A model generated the notes under the pieces. That model made no database searches, was not told the DNA's origin, and saw only the letters and a list, made by a program, of their open reading frames with translations. Of a stretch of DNA of 64,000 nt, positions 22,701 to 36,299 are shown one piece after another. Origin of the DNA: Rhizodiscina lignyota (taxonomy: Eukaryota); the NCBI GenBank assembly GCA_010015805.1, contig ML978122.1:2886453-2950452 (forward strand), given 5' to 3'. Made by a program: the position numbers and the translations under genes. Numbering within the stretch: position 1 is the first letter of the stretch; each line of letters starts with the position of its first letter.

Positions 22701-24818
22701 CGTTCCGACAGTAAGACCTCGACGGTGCCTTGGGTTCTGGCCTGGAGCATATGATCGCTCCGTATTAAGCATCGGCTGCGTACTAAAAGTCGGCTCTGTA
22801 CGCTTACTTTCCAGACTAGGTCGCCCAAACGAAGTGCGTGCAGGTGGTGGCTCATTATTGGCTCCACCATGAGGATCTTCCAGTCCAGCCAATCGTGCCC
22901 TGGCCTCTGAGAGCGTCCTGGACGTATTTATCGTAGGTTGGTTCGTAGGTTGGTCAGAGAAGAATGGCTGTTCCATCTGTTCCTTCGGTGACTCATATGC
23001 CTTTGGGATTGCTGGTACCGGTGGTACTTCTTCCTCGACAAATCCGGTAGAGCTATGCACATTGCGGGCCTTCGGTGTGGGAAGTCGAGAAGAGGACAGA
23101 ATCTGACTGTTCCGCGCAGACGAAGGCATTGGTGGATGGACGTTATGCAGGGAGCTGTAGCTCGAGCTCGTGGACAAAGTTTGTTGTGTATTAGGCAGGC
23201 TTGGCTTTCGTCCAGCCTCTGGTGTCGCACGAGCAGAGGATGGCGTGGGAGCTTTCCTCGGCATCGCCGGAACAGGCGAATGTACTGGTAGGCGAACTCC
23301 CTGAGGAAAATCTGGCTGCGGTGTCGGTGGAGTGTTCGGCGCTGGAGTTCCAGTTGGCATCTGCGACAGTCGTTTCAACCTCCTAGCATCAGTTGGACTG
23401 ATTGTCCGAGCGCCAAGCCCTCCAACATGAACCGACTGGCGCTTGCCGCTGCCGGTGCTTGGCGTATTCAAATTCTGGCCAGAACTTCGCGCTGGGGATT
23501 TAGCTCCTCCTCCCAGGGATGGAGAGCTCGTGTTGATAGGAGTAATCGATGTAGTATTAAGAAACTGTCGCGCCTGCTGCGCTTGCTCCGATGTTGGCTG
23601 CATCGACTTTGCTTTGATAGCACGACCTGCGGTGGCGAGCTTCGGCCCCTCGGGTTGCGTTGGAGCAGGAGGTTGTAACGTGCCACGCCTCTGCCGATTG
23701 ATGGATGTAGTGCGATTTATGGCACTCTGCGTTGCAAATGACGTGTTGGAAGACCCGCTGTCAACCGAGCTCCTCCCGCTGTAATTCGTCGTCACTCCCG
23801 GTCCTATTGACTTCCTCGGTGGCTTCGAAGTTATGGTTTCCTTGGGATTGCTTGTAGGCAAGGTGCTCTGTCGTCGGGTTCGAGCAGACACGGGTTGACT
23901 GGGAGGTGGCATGTTCGACGAGCTCACGGAGCTCTGACTCGGTTGGCGGCGTGCATTACTCAATCGTCGAACTAAAGACCTGCTGCGAGACACTGCTCCT
24001 TCCACCGACTTTTCCTCGGTCTTGTTGCTTGAAAGACTTGTCGTGCTCGTAGAAGTGTTTCGGGATCTCGCCACTCGCTCACCGAGACCAGACACTCTCG
24101 GTCGTATCTCCGCGGTGTGACCTTCGTTCGGCACCTCTGTGTCTTCTCTGGTAAGCGAAGTATTCGGGTTGATGCTCGCGTGGAATTCATCGAAATTGAC
24201 AGAGGGCAAGAAGTCGAAGGTCGCGTTGTTCATATCATCCAAGGTGGTACGAGGCTGGCGGCTGAAGCTGAAGCGCGGATTGTTGGAAGCCTTGGGTGGA
24301 GGTTGCATGAGGACAGGCTCGCTCGTGTAAGAAGGGAGGTACGACCGAGAGCCACTATCGGTAACCGCGTGAGTATCGCTGATGACCCTGGAAGCTGTGT
24401 GTTAATAAAACCAGTGTCCGCTCGTGAAGTAATATTAATCTATAGTGCATACCTCTTTGTCTGCGTGAGCTCAAGAGGTCGCGGTCCGAGCAGTGGGGCC
24501 TTATTCTCTCGCAACGTGCTTCGTCGCCTTGCAGTGAATCCAACCTTCGACTCTCCGATACTTGCATTATTGGTGTGCTTTCGTAGTGTGTTTTCGTTCT
24601 CGCTGGTGGTCCGCTGGAATCGTTTGCGGGCGCGTCCTTCGGCTACATATCGTGTGTCAGTGTGAAGTGTTCGAGCTGATCAAACAAGCTTTGCCGAAAC
24701 TGTTGCCCGGCCACAAATCTGCGCCCACGTGCATCATGAAAATAAGTTAACACATACCTCCAGAGCCTCCGGAGTCATCTACTGTGTCCATCCGCGGAGC
24801 ATATGGCGGAGGATCCAT
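19735..24818 (-). CDS. pom1: DYRK-family dual-specificity protein kinase, Pom1-like
   Basis: GKGSFGQV, VAVKIIRNKKRF, HCDLKPEN, DFG, VYTYIQSRFYRSPE; long Ser/Pro-rich N-terminus; intron 21137-21058; two further 5' introns join to ATG 24818 (MDPPPYAPRM...LRENKAPLLGPRPL). Confidence 0.93.
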
Positions 24819-26187
24819 TGTTCGGTGTCGTGATATCCCCAGCATAAGGGGGGTTCCTTGTTCCGCGACACGGTGACGGAGTGAAGCGGCCTCGAGTCAA
24901 CAACACCGGCAAAAGCAAATCGAACTTCATCAAACTCCTTCAATATAAGTGTCGTGATCGCGTTCCTCCCCGCAAGTCCCTCCAATGCTCCCGCTTGTGG
25001 AGTTTGGCTAGAGCTGGAGCGTCGGCATCGCTAGGGAGACGGTAGCGGTGACCAGAGCTCGGGGCCGGCTCCTGGAAGGTCGACGATGCGAGAATTGAAT
25101 CAATGGGCGGCCGTCGATGCGTGATGGAGCGATGTGGAGTGGCGTTGAGGTGCGGTGTTGGGGTGTGAGTGAAGCTTGAAGTGGGACGCAGTGTCTTGTG
25201 CGTTCTCTTGTGGGAGGTTCGTTGTGGCTTGCGACGGGCTTGTTTTCGAGCCAGACGACGCATCCGCCGGACGCAGGGGCCACGCCGATCTCATTAATTT
25301 ATAAATTATAGGCCAGTCGTATCCACGCCTCGCCGCCGAATATCAATTTCAAAGGAGATTTCACGGCTTCATACATTTCACGCCTGGCATCTCACAGATC
25401 CGCGCGACGGAAATGATGCTTGCTTCCAGTCGTGTCACCGCAGCCGGCAGCTTTGGGCACTGACTGCTTCGTGTAACTCGAATCTCCAGCTGCATTCAAT
25501 ATCAAGACTCCACAGTTTCATATTAGTCGATTCTCGTCATGGCTTGCATATTGTCCTCCTTTGTACTGGCGCTCCAACTTGCCTCGTAAGATCACAGTCG
25601 GCCATTTGAAGGACCATGGCTCTACTATTCGAACTACTCATTTTCCATTGAGACTTAGAGGCCGGGGCTCAGAGCGGGACAGAAAACGAATGCCCCCATA
25701 GACTACCCATCTTACCATTACTTCGTAATTAAAAGCTAGATTGAAACTCTGGAGTAGCCTTGTACTCATGTACTATCAGCCACTCGTGACACCAATCCAA
25801 TTTTACGAGTTATATTGTCGAGCTCAGCTAGGAAGCAATCCATTCACAGCGGGGATATTTCGTCGAGAACTAAGAGTAAGAATGTAAGATTTTCATCTCT
25901 CAAGTTCGCCAAGTTCAACGAAAGACTGTCACTGCTTGAACTGTTCTCCAACAACGCGTTCAAACCCAGAAGAGAATAGCTTGATCTCGGCGTACAGGCT
26001 GAATTACTTCGACACTTTAACTAGAGCCAAGCTCCTTATCGATAAACTTGATAGCCGCGTTCCGCGTCACGCGTGTCGTTGTGCACTAACCCAACGTCGT
26101 CATTCCTCATAGGTAGGCGTTTCTCATGCTCCGCCAGTGCACAATGAAAAATGTTCTCATAAGACTGTTAGATTCACATGGACCGTT

Positions 26188-27911
26188 ATGGATGAAGGAA
26201 CCGATGACGCCTTTGTGAACCGCAACTCGCCCATCCCCATCCTCATTGTCAATCCCGAGGATGATACCCTCACGCCTACGGACAGCGAGCCCTCCGAACG
26301 ACGCAGAGATGCTTTCAAGAATAGCATGTCTCCATCGCGGCTTAAAGAGAACATCTCTCCCTCTCGCCTGAAAGAGAAGCTGGAGCAGGTCTCGGAGAAG
26401 AAGTCAGCCTCGTCCAGTCTCCAGGATCGAATGTTCACAATGTAGGTTGCAGCGTTCTCTATACCGCTCTCAGAAACATCTATCTAATGACATGCTCCCT
26501 ATCCAGGCTTCTCCAGCGCATAATCCCAAGCGACGACTCCCCCACTGACGCTCCCTCTTCCGACCGACGCAGCCGCCCGGCCGTCGAGCGCCCAAACTTC
26601 TCCATCCCGCTCATGTCCAACAACTTTCGACGCTTCAACGCACGCATCGGCGTGGCATTCGTCTTCCAGAACCGACTAATCCGCCTCTTCACCTGGCGAC
26701 GGCCCACGCACACCCTCTCCTTCCTCGCGTGCTACACCTTCATCTGCCTCGATCCATACCTACTGGCCGTCGCGCCCCTCGCCGCAACCATCTTCTTCAT
26801 CATGGTGCCAGCGTTCCTGGCACGGCACCCGCCGCCGCCAACTTCGAACGTCGATCCGGTCATGGAGAAGGAGATCGAGCTGTACGCATATCCGCTGCAG
26901 GGGCCGCCGCTGGCGCCGGCAAAGAAGATTAGACCGGCGCCGGACCTGTCGAAGGATTTCTTTCGGAATATGCGAGATTTACAGAACTGTATGGAGGATT
27001 TCAGTCGCTTGCATGATGCGGTCGTGTCAAGTATTGCGCCGCTGACGAATTTCTCGAACGAGGCAGTGTCGTCTGCGCTGTTTCTTGCGCTGACGGCGTT
27101 GGCGTGTCCACTGTTTGTGTTCTCGCATCTACTGCCATGGAGAACGTTGTTCCTCGTGGGCGGCTGGGTTGCGATATCCTTGGGGCATCCGAGCGTTATA
27201 AAGAGTCTGCAGCAGTCCGGAGCAGAGAAAACAGTGAAAGAGGAGAGGAAAGAGGCGGAGAACTTCGCGCAGAAATTCATCGCAGATGATATCGTGCTGT
27301 CCTCTGCGCCTGAGAAGCGCGAAGTCGAGATTTTCGAACTTCAGCAGCGTGTCCGCGCTACATCATCGCTGTTCTCCTCCTTGGGATTTGGCGTCGACGC
27401 AGAAGATGAGCCGGAGTACGAACTTGTCATGTACTCAGCAAATCCATTCACGCCGCTTGATCCAGGCAGGGTGAGTGGTGCACGACCGAAAGGCACTCGC
27501 TTCTTTGAAGACGTGCAGCCTCCGCGTGGATGGACATGGAGCGAAAGCAAATGGCGCCTCGATCTCGGTAGCCAGGATTGGGTGGGCGAGAGATGCGTAA
27601 GCGGTGTTGAAGTCGAGGTGGAGGGGGAGAGATGGGTATGGGATATTGAGTATGGCCCAGAACAGGACGGAGGAGCAGAAAGCTACGAAGAGTGGCTAGA
27701 ACGAGGCGGACGGTTAAGAGGAGATAGTGGAGGAAGTGTGAGAAGTAAAGAAAAGGGGAAGGCCAGGGGGAAGGGGAAAGGTAAAGAGAAGCTGCCAAGT
27801 TGGGAAGAGGGAACGGCGGCTAAAGGAAGAAAAGGGGAGTGGAGAAGACGGAGATGGGTGAGGCTTGTGGAAAGAAGAGTTGTTGAGGAGGGAAAGGCTG
27901 ACGCGAAATGA
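26188..27911 (+). CDS. PEX29: integral peroxisomal membrane peroxin (Pex24p domain, Pex28/Pex29-like)
   Basis: NFSIPLMSNNFRRFNARIG, SKDFFRNMRDLQNCM, dysferlin-like REVEIFELQ...WRRRRWVR; intron ~26442-26507. Confidence 0.88.
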
Positions 27912-28037
27912 TTATGGATGATATTGCATTTTGATCTTGAGATACCCATATATTAGGATTCCTTCCACTAGCAAGCATATCTTCTTGCGGTGCTAATTGA
28001 AGCTTTTGAAGCGCTTTCAGATGGATCGTCTATATGC

Positions 28038-29928
28038 TTATTTCATGGTGATTCCCAGGTCTTCTTTCATCAAATCTGCCACCCGTTCCGCCATTGCGTA
28101 TATTGTCGTCGTGAACGGTCCTTTCGGAATTATTGGGAAAATGCTCGCATCCACAACGCGCAGATTCGTCGTCCCATAAACTTTGGCTCTGTCATTCACC
28201 ACACCATCCAACTCCTCGCTCGCCATGGCGCATGTGCCGCACGGGTGGTACTGTGTCGAGGCAGCTGCTTTCGTGAACTCCTTGGCTTCTTCGAGCGTCT
28301 TGAAGGGTGCGTTTTCTGGATCTCTGGCGCCATTCGACTTAATGACGTCGCTCATCGGCGCCGTTTGCGCTATCGTCGTAAAATATAGTATGTGTCGTGC
28401 AAGAACTTCGAGATCTAACGGATGCGAGAGGTATCTGGGATCGATCCTCGGCATGACTGCTGGGTCTGTGGAGGTGATGTGCGTAGAGCCGCGAGAAAGG
28501 GGGTGTGTCACGCAACCGACGAGTGAGATGCAAGTATATCCTTTTGCACTCAAACTCTTTCTTATATCCATTGGAGTAGCAGAATAGAATACAGACGTAT
28601 CTTTCGGGTCTTTGAGGAGGGATCGAATGTGGAAAGCCTGTTTCTGCTGTCCTGGGGATAGCGACGAAATATAGCTGTCATCAAGGTACCTCGAGAACAG
28701 GTCATTCAGCTCGGCTTCTCCTGCTGGCGTGCTGGTCAGGTCAATCAGCGGCATGTAGCCCATCAGATTGAAGGCCATCGCGAAAGGTCCACTTTGAGAA
28801 GTTTGGTACTCCAGCATTGCTGCCTCCACTCTTTTCGGATCGCGAAACGTGTCTCTGATGTGGTCGATACTATACTTCTCGTCGGTCGCCTCGAAAGGAA
28901 CGAGGCAGAAAGGGTGATCCTGGAGATTTTCACCTACGTGAGGATTGTTAATAATGACATCAATCCCCATGGACTCAAGCAGCTCTCTGTTGCCAATGCC
29001 AGACATCTCAAGCAATGCCGGACTGTTAAAGGCACCGGCTGAGAGGACCACCTCTTTCTGTGCGTGTACCACTTTCCGCTGGCCGTTTGTGTTGTATTGC
29101 ACTCCGGTGGCAATAACTGAGCCATCTGTGCCGTTAGAAACGAGTATTTTCTCAACGAGAGCCTCTCCACGAAAATGCACGTTCGGCCGCGAGGCGATTG
29201 GCTCCCAATAAGCCTTTCCAGCGTGACTCCGTGTTGCAGTGGTCGGATCCATCAGCGTAGAACAAGCAAAGGGTCCGACCATCACGCCTTGGATCGGATC
29301 GCTGTTTGATGTCATCCCAAGGTTTTTCCAGGTGTCCCACCAAATATCGCCAAGTGCGGTTCGGAATTCCACAACGGTCGTTTGAATAGGCCCGTCGGTA
29401 CCATATAGATCGAAATCGTAGTATGAATCCATGCCCAATGCCGCGATGGTTTCTTTGCTCGGACGATGGAATGTTTGAAACTTTTTATAATATGGTTTCA
29501 TAGTTTCAAAGTCCCAGCCCTCGTTGCCAGCTTCTGTCCAAGCATCCCAAAGGCCCCTTCCGGGATACATGGCTGACATTGCGTTAATCGCGCTCGTGCC
29601 TCCAAGAACTACAATACCTTATGAGCAAGCCTTCTCCAATAAGAATTCAATGAATCGAAGTAATACCTTTACCGCGCGGATGAGATATCTCTCTGCCATT
29701 CAAATGCTCTTGAGGCACAGTCTTGTAGATCCAGTCATACTCTGGTTTGTTCCAACCTTCGTGTATCAGTGCTGGTATTGTGAGAATCGGGTCATCATTT
29801 CGATTTTTGCCCGCATCCAGAACAAGCACTTGTGTATTCGGGTCTTCAGAGAGACGGTTAGCAATCACCAGACCTGCAGTCCCTCCTCCAATGATGATAA
29901 TATCGAATGTGTCCGATAAAGATCCCAT
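28038..29928 (-). CDS. GMC oxidoreductase
   Basis: DIIIIGGGTAG, RGK|VLGGTSAIN (intron 29666-29609), VGENLQDH, YHPCGTCAM, LRVVDASIFP. Confidence 0.95.
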
Positions 29929-32039
29929 GTTTGCTCCGTTATTGTTGCTCGTGGAGGGAGAGGAGAAAGAGAGTCTGGAATTTGAAATGGAATATGTGAG
30001 AGTCAGAGATCTCGGAGTGCGGTGCAACGTAACACCCACAGGCATTGCTCTTGGGGACTAATATACACCCGCTCCCATGTCATCCGGCGTAGAAGGGTCA
30101 TGATGCTATATCATTATTTCCGTGGATTACGTCAGAGGATGCTGTAGAATTCTAACAGGTTGAGGATGATGTTAACACCTTCATATGGTAAACATAGCGA
30201 CGTGACTCTAGGAGCGGAAAGCGGTATCAGCTTCGCTTGAACTTGATAGCGAGAGCCAATGATCTGCCAAGAACAATCTACTGCTACAGCTCCCCCTTGG
30301 CGACGAGTCCAACAGAATCAAATAGTCGGTGGATATGCAGAGTCTGGGACACCTAAAGTCCGTCTCGCATGACAAATGTGGTCAAGGATACGGCCGAGGG
30401 ATGTGTTACTACTGAAGCCCGTAGCATTTTGATTTATTTGGATTTCGAAAATTGCCAGAGAACATGTTTGGCTCTGGGTGTATGTAGAAAGAAGTGGATT
30501 ACCGCCACTCGTGCGAGAGATCAACCAGTTCGGCCCAGTTGCCTCGAGGAACGTGCTATTAAGGTCGTTCATACACTATGCTATACATAGCAGAATCGTG
30601 GTTTCCGGCTGCTCTATGCGGAGACGCCGGAAACATATTGTCGCAGAAAGTTAACAATTGCAGATACCAGCCTCGGGGTGAAGGTGAAGATTGCGTTGGA
30701 GCCGTCCCGTCTGACTCAGCAGGTGTGGGCTGCCCTGCTGCACGAGATGGAAGCGGTTTTATCCCAAACTATCGAGATTATGCGAACTTCTCCGAATTTT
30801 TTCTTTCTTAGAGTTTCATTCACTAGGTCTGAAATAGGCTATTCCTCAACATGTACTGTCCCGCAATCATGCGTCGAAATATACTGGAAGTCACCTTGCT
30901 CCATCCCCTTGCATGCTGAGATTTGGAACGAGGTGCATAATTGTAGATGTCTCGACAACTTGCTACTACGCTGAAAAAATCATTCCAGTTGAAGGTTCGA
31001 TATTAAACAAACATACCTTACAATTCACGGTCGAGAACCATTCAAACTCTTAGAGACTCTAATAATAAAGGTAAATCTACGATATCGAATCGCGGAACAC
31101 CGCCATTTGCGTTGTACAGCTGTATCCTTTTCCAAGTCTACCAAGCCTTAATAAGCCGAGACCAGCCCTTGGCTCTATCTCGGCTTTGTTTCTTCAACTT
31201 CAGCTGAGGAAAAGGGGTTTCGCCTATGTATGAACGTGATTTGAGAGCTCCTTCATAAGCGAGGCACTCATCTTAATGAAGCTTGAACAAAATCCAAGCT
31301 CGTTACGCCCGAAGTTCGCTTTCAGCTGTGATGTGACCGCTCTGTACAGTCAAAGACTGTCACTGCAGCGACGTATCTGAGGTTATCTTTTAATCGACAG
31401 GTATCCTTAAGCAAGTTGAACAGGTCTTCTCTCCAGATGCACTGCCATGAACGAATCAGCATATATCTGTCCAATGGCCAGCCTTTCGGCATATTAACCC
31501 TTCCATTCGACGACCATGACATTTCATAAAACACCAAGTCGCTCGACATCATATTTCACCTGAAAGAAGAGATAGACAAATACAGAGATCCCAATAAGGA
31601 ATTGGCGACGGCCTGGCTCCAGTCCATAAGTGTTTTGCTCAGTTCTCGTCAGAACGATGCTGATCTGGTAGATGTGATGAGCAAGAAGAGATTCATTGAG
31701 AGCTGGCTGTACGAGACGACTGTTGAAGGCGGAGTAAGGACAGACCACAATGAATATGCTATGCAGCTATATATCCGGATGGTATTGATGATCATCAAAT
31801 TTCTTCTCTTTTCTTACTGCCAGTCGTTACGGACAAGCTGTTTAGTTTACGATTCAATTTTAGCAAATAATATCGTTTAGTGTTACGGGAGAATAGATTT
31901 ACCATGTTCATCCATAGTTTCACGGATCTGATATATATAGATCACGTGCTAGCACTAAGATCTAAAATATAGAAATCTGTTTATTTCTAACCTACCCCTG
32001 TACTACTAGTGCCTCTATGAAATAATAAGTATTTAAGCT

Positions 32040-32159
32040 CCCAAGCGGCTTGCTTATTTAGAGGCTAAACAAGCCGCTTGATTATATAATAGGCTTGTCT
32101 TGTTTGGCTTGTCTGACGTGAGCCAAACAAGCGCTTGATTTGGCTTGTTTTCCACACTG
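32040..32159. mobile_element. probable DNA-transposon terminus relic (hAT-like subterminal repeats)
   Basis: Dense CAAGC/GCTTG motifs in both orientations ending in ...TTTTTCCACACTG (reverse complement CAGTGTGGAAAAACAAGCC); preceded by AT-rich sequence. Confidence 0.35.
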
Positions 32160-33581
32160 GCACCAGTAGAGGCGTTGGTAGAGCTATTCGTAGTTTCTTA
32201 GATACACGGCCGTGCCCATGTTCAATCTGTATAAGGGTATTCGGGGATATGCTCAATTCGCACGTCGGATCGCTGGTGATACGCCGGTGGTGGTGAGGAT
32301 CTGGGTGCAAAGTTTCTCGAATGTTGCGCGCTACATCCTTAATAAGAAGCGGACGTCTGTCAGACATGAATACAGCTGGTAGAGCCCCTATGTTAATGCG
32401 CTTGTCCCTGTCCATGAAGGCCAAAATCCCAAATACTCGTTGAGTCGGTCGGACAGCGGGCTTAGGTCAAAGCCTACGTAGAATGTAAAAGTAAGAAAGG
32501 GAAATGTGGTATTAGGAAGTGAAAGCAGAAAAACAACAGCGCCCTTCAGGTTAGAAGGAAAATGTTGTAAACCGTGGCAACACAAGGCCGGTGCACCGAG
32601 AGGATTACGTTGTTGACTATATATTTAATTTCAGATGTACATCTCTCACCATTCGGTCATTGCACATTGGCCGAGTGGTAAATAATCTTTGTGCGTTTCG
32701 AGATCACCTGAAAAGAACATCTACACGTTAACCTCTTACAGAGCGCTTGAGCAACGCCACTATCCCACTAGTCAGAGGTTTCGCATCCCAGAGGGGGTGC
32801 CTTTTTTTTTCTCTTTTTTTTTCTTCTTATTTTTTTCTCGTCTTCATTCTGCAAGTGCACTAAAGAAGCAGTGAGAACTTACTTTGTGTCAAGCCGACGG
32901 AGTACACTAAGACCGATATTGATGAAGCTGGCGAACTGATGGCCTCCAAAAGGGGCAGGCTACGCTTCCGGCTCGGCAACATCCAGCTGGAATTTGAGGA
33001 ACCCATTAACGAAGATTCTGTGGTGCTAGATGCCCAAGAAGACCAAGCAGTTAGCTGCTGGAATGCAGTCGTCGGGATTGTCGATGGCTTTGCATTGCTC
33101 CTTCGGTCACCATCGGCAGTTGTGTCACAGCGGTAAAGTTCAACCTCTGACCGTCCGCAAGGTGGAAGCTGAGTGGGTATGCTTGATATATGCGTGTGAG
33201 CCGTAAGTTGAGAGCCAGCATATAATCGAATCGAAACTCGACCACCGTGGGCAAGGTAGGAGCTAAGGCAGCACTTCTAACTAAATCGATGCTCAACCGA
33301 CCTGTGCAAAGTGTTAGTATATACTCCAACAAACGTACAACGGAACCTTCTGAGATACTCTCGCTTACTTTGAAGAACGAGAGATGGCCGCCCCTGGGCA
33401 TTACAGCTTGCCGGGCGGTCAACTACTTTCACATCCTCGAACCTAACACTATGGACTCGAACCTCAGTTACTATTGCCCATGCCTCAATACCAAACCTTC
33501 CGCCGGCCCGTGCGCCATCTATATAAACAACGCTAGGCCGCAGCACACAAACCTTCTTACACTGAACAAACGCTAACCAAA

Positions 33582-34071
33582 ATGGCACCATACATCCCGC
33601 TACTCCCGCTACCCTCATACGCCGCACTGCTCAAGAAGGTATGCATAGTCGCCTGTCACCACTCTATTGCATGAACAGAATAACACCTTATAGGCACGAA
33701 GGGCCTTCAAACACGTCAGTTATCGTGCCGGCGACGCGATCTGCACGGCAATCATCCACGACCCCCGCACACCTCTCCCCATCCTCGTCGGCGCCCTCCT
33801 GCTGGCGGCGGAGATGAACAAGCTGAACGACGGACCGAGTCACGTCTCGGCGGCGATGGAAGTGGTCGACCATATGGAGGCGGAGGGCATGACGGACGAG
33901 GCGAAGATCTGGCGCGGTCGTGTCGAGGAGGTGAACAACGAAGTGAGGAGGGTGGTGGACCCGATTGACGAGCTGCTGGGCACGGTGGAAGAAAAGCAGG
34001 GAGAAGCGGTCCGCCTACGACTCCTGGGCATCCGCCCTACACTCGGCCCACGTCGCTCCCAGCTTTCATAG
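33582..34071 (+). CDS. small helical hypothetical protein (2 exons)
   Basis: TATA (CTATATAAA, ~33519); MAPYIPLLPLPSYAALLKK, intron GTATGC...TAG, then ARRAFKHVSYRAGDAICTAIIHDPRTPLPILVGALLLAAEM, continuing into the 33814-34071 ORF. Confidence 0.7.
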
Positions 34072-34314
34072 TCTGCCAAAAGGTTATCGGTCGGGGAGTA
34101 CAGTGTTTACGAAAGAAAACGCCGGTATATGTATTGCAATGAAAATTGAATTGGGTGGGATACAGCAAAAGCCGCACTGCAATGCTAGGTGTATAAATGT
34201 GAACCCAACGCCACAAATGCGTCCGCTCGAGAGACAAGCGCACGAGATATCTAAGGTGAAACTGAAATTGCATAAAAGGAAAGGTCGCTCATGCCTGCCA
34301 AGATACAAATCCAT

Positions 34315-35586
34315 CTAGTCCTTGCCCAGTCTCCTCCTTAGATTCCTTGTCCTCCGCATTAGCTTCTTATACTTGTGCTTCTTCATCTTCAGCTTCCTTT
34401 GTCTCTTTACGCTAATTAGTAGCATGTCATTCTCCTTCTCCTGCCTTCGTTGCAAGCTCTCCTGCTGCCGTAACCACATCCGCTGCATAAACGGCTGCTT
34501 CCATTTGATGGTCTCGCGAGACAACCCAACGTCCTCCATCTCTGTACTTGACTCCGGCTCTTCAATTACCGTGGAAGGATAGGTACGCATTCTCGACGGC
34601 GTGGGAATCTGTACTATGGGAGTGTTCGTTGCTGCATACTGCTTGTAGCCATGGGCGTTGGTGATTTCGGTTACAATGATCGTTGTGCTCCATGACTTGC
34701 GCTTGATGGTGGCGCGGAACGACTTCTTCTTCGACTGAGCAGGAAGGAGAGTTGAGTGGAGAGAGTTAGACTGCTCTTGAGTCGTAGATTGGGCAGGAAG
34801 CTTTCTCGCCTGCTGCGCGGAACCTAGGGTTCCTGGTTCGGGCCTGGGAGGAGGCTGGAAAGGTATTCTTCTTGCAAGATGTTGATTCACAGTTTGTTCA
34901 TTCAGCGCCGGATACTGGAATGGAGCTCCATCAAGGTGCACAGCGCCGCTGTTACTGCCGACAGATTGAAGGGCTTGGGAGCCATGGCCCTGGGAGAGGG
35001 AGGAGAGGTTGTCGAATGTTTGGAGGGCTAGTCTCATTTGACTGGAGAGATTCCGTTGTTTCGTGAGCTCTGCGGAATCCTGCTGCGGGTCGAAGAGTCT
35101 GTCGAAGGATTGGCTGGGAAGAGGAAGGCCAGTAGTTACGCTGATGGGTCGGTGTTGGGAGAAGAAGCACGAGAGCGCGACATCTAGCTCAAATTAGATT
35201 ACGCTGGGTATCAGCAACCCGATCTATATCATACCATGATAATCAACATCCTGCGTCGATGGGACACTCGGGAGATCCGGTAATGTCTCTTCTGCCCTAG
35301 ATTTCGACCGTTTTGCGATAATTCTCCCACGTTGTACCAAGCCTTTTTGCTCTTGCTGCCCGTGTTGTTGGGAAGGCAAAGAGCCTCTCACAACCTTTAT
35401 GCCATCGGGCGATCTCGACGTCTTCGAGCTCGAATGCCGTCTTTGGTGAGTCCTCGGATTATTGCTGAGTGGCCTTGTTGTCGCCGCCGCAGCTCTTGCA
35501 GCTGCCGGACAAGTGGAGGAGGCGACGGCGGGTGAGGTTGCTGGCCATGTTGCTCGGATAAAGCGACCGAGAGAAGAAGATATCAT
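34315..35586 (-). CDS. COX24: mitochondrial small ribosomal subunit protein mS38 / Cox24 (DUF1713)
   Basis: N-terminal presequence-like RRHSSS, LPSVPSTQ, FFSQHRPIS after the intron (~35233-35186), C-terminal SVKRQRKLKMKKHKYKKLMRRTRNLRRRL. Confidence 0.9.
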
Positions 35587-36299
35587 GGCCAGAGGGGGAA
35601 TAGGGTATCACGAGTGACGAAGAGGTTGAATTGACGTCGACTCTTCGGGTGATAAGATGGGCGGCTCGTCGGTAGTTCTTCCTCGACCTGCTGATCTCTT
35701 CGCCGCCGCATCGGAATGAGCCGTTCGTTTGCATTACATAAGCACCGCCTGATGTCCGAACGTTCACGCCGTTACATTTATCTGCCTAGCGCATCCACGT
35801 GAAACATTATTGACGAAAATTCACTAAGTTCTAAGAGCACTTCCTTCCGATGAACTGTGCTGAAGTTATGCGTTTGCGTGTAGCCAAAGATTGTAAGATA
35901 GCAATGGCAGGTAGCCTGCCAACTACTCTATCGAGCTTGTATTAAGGTACTATTGGCAACACAAGCCGATTTCGACAGGGAGGAAGCTCCAACCAGTAAT
36001 GGAGGGCGTATTGAACGGTTCGCAGGAGCTCTCTTTCTGTTTACCGGAGCCAGTTAAAATTTGCATGACCGTAGCCTCGTCTCATCCGTATTCACTGTTT
36101 CATTTGCTCCACCAAGGACCAACATTCCGAAATCAGACCAATGACTGCCGCAGCTATTATGCAGAAGCCTGCATGCTTTACTCGGTTCATCCGCACAAGG
36201 CTGAGATGTATGGCGATGGCGCCTGACAGCCTTGCCTCTCAACCTCACATCAATTTTTAAAAGTCATCTTCACGATCCCAAAAGTTGTTCACAGTATAT

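Noticed and set aside
30100..31900. Several short ORFs that might be a decayed gene
   Set aside because: No consistent frame or recognisable motif; cannot be supported without a database search.
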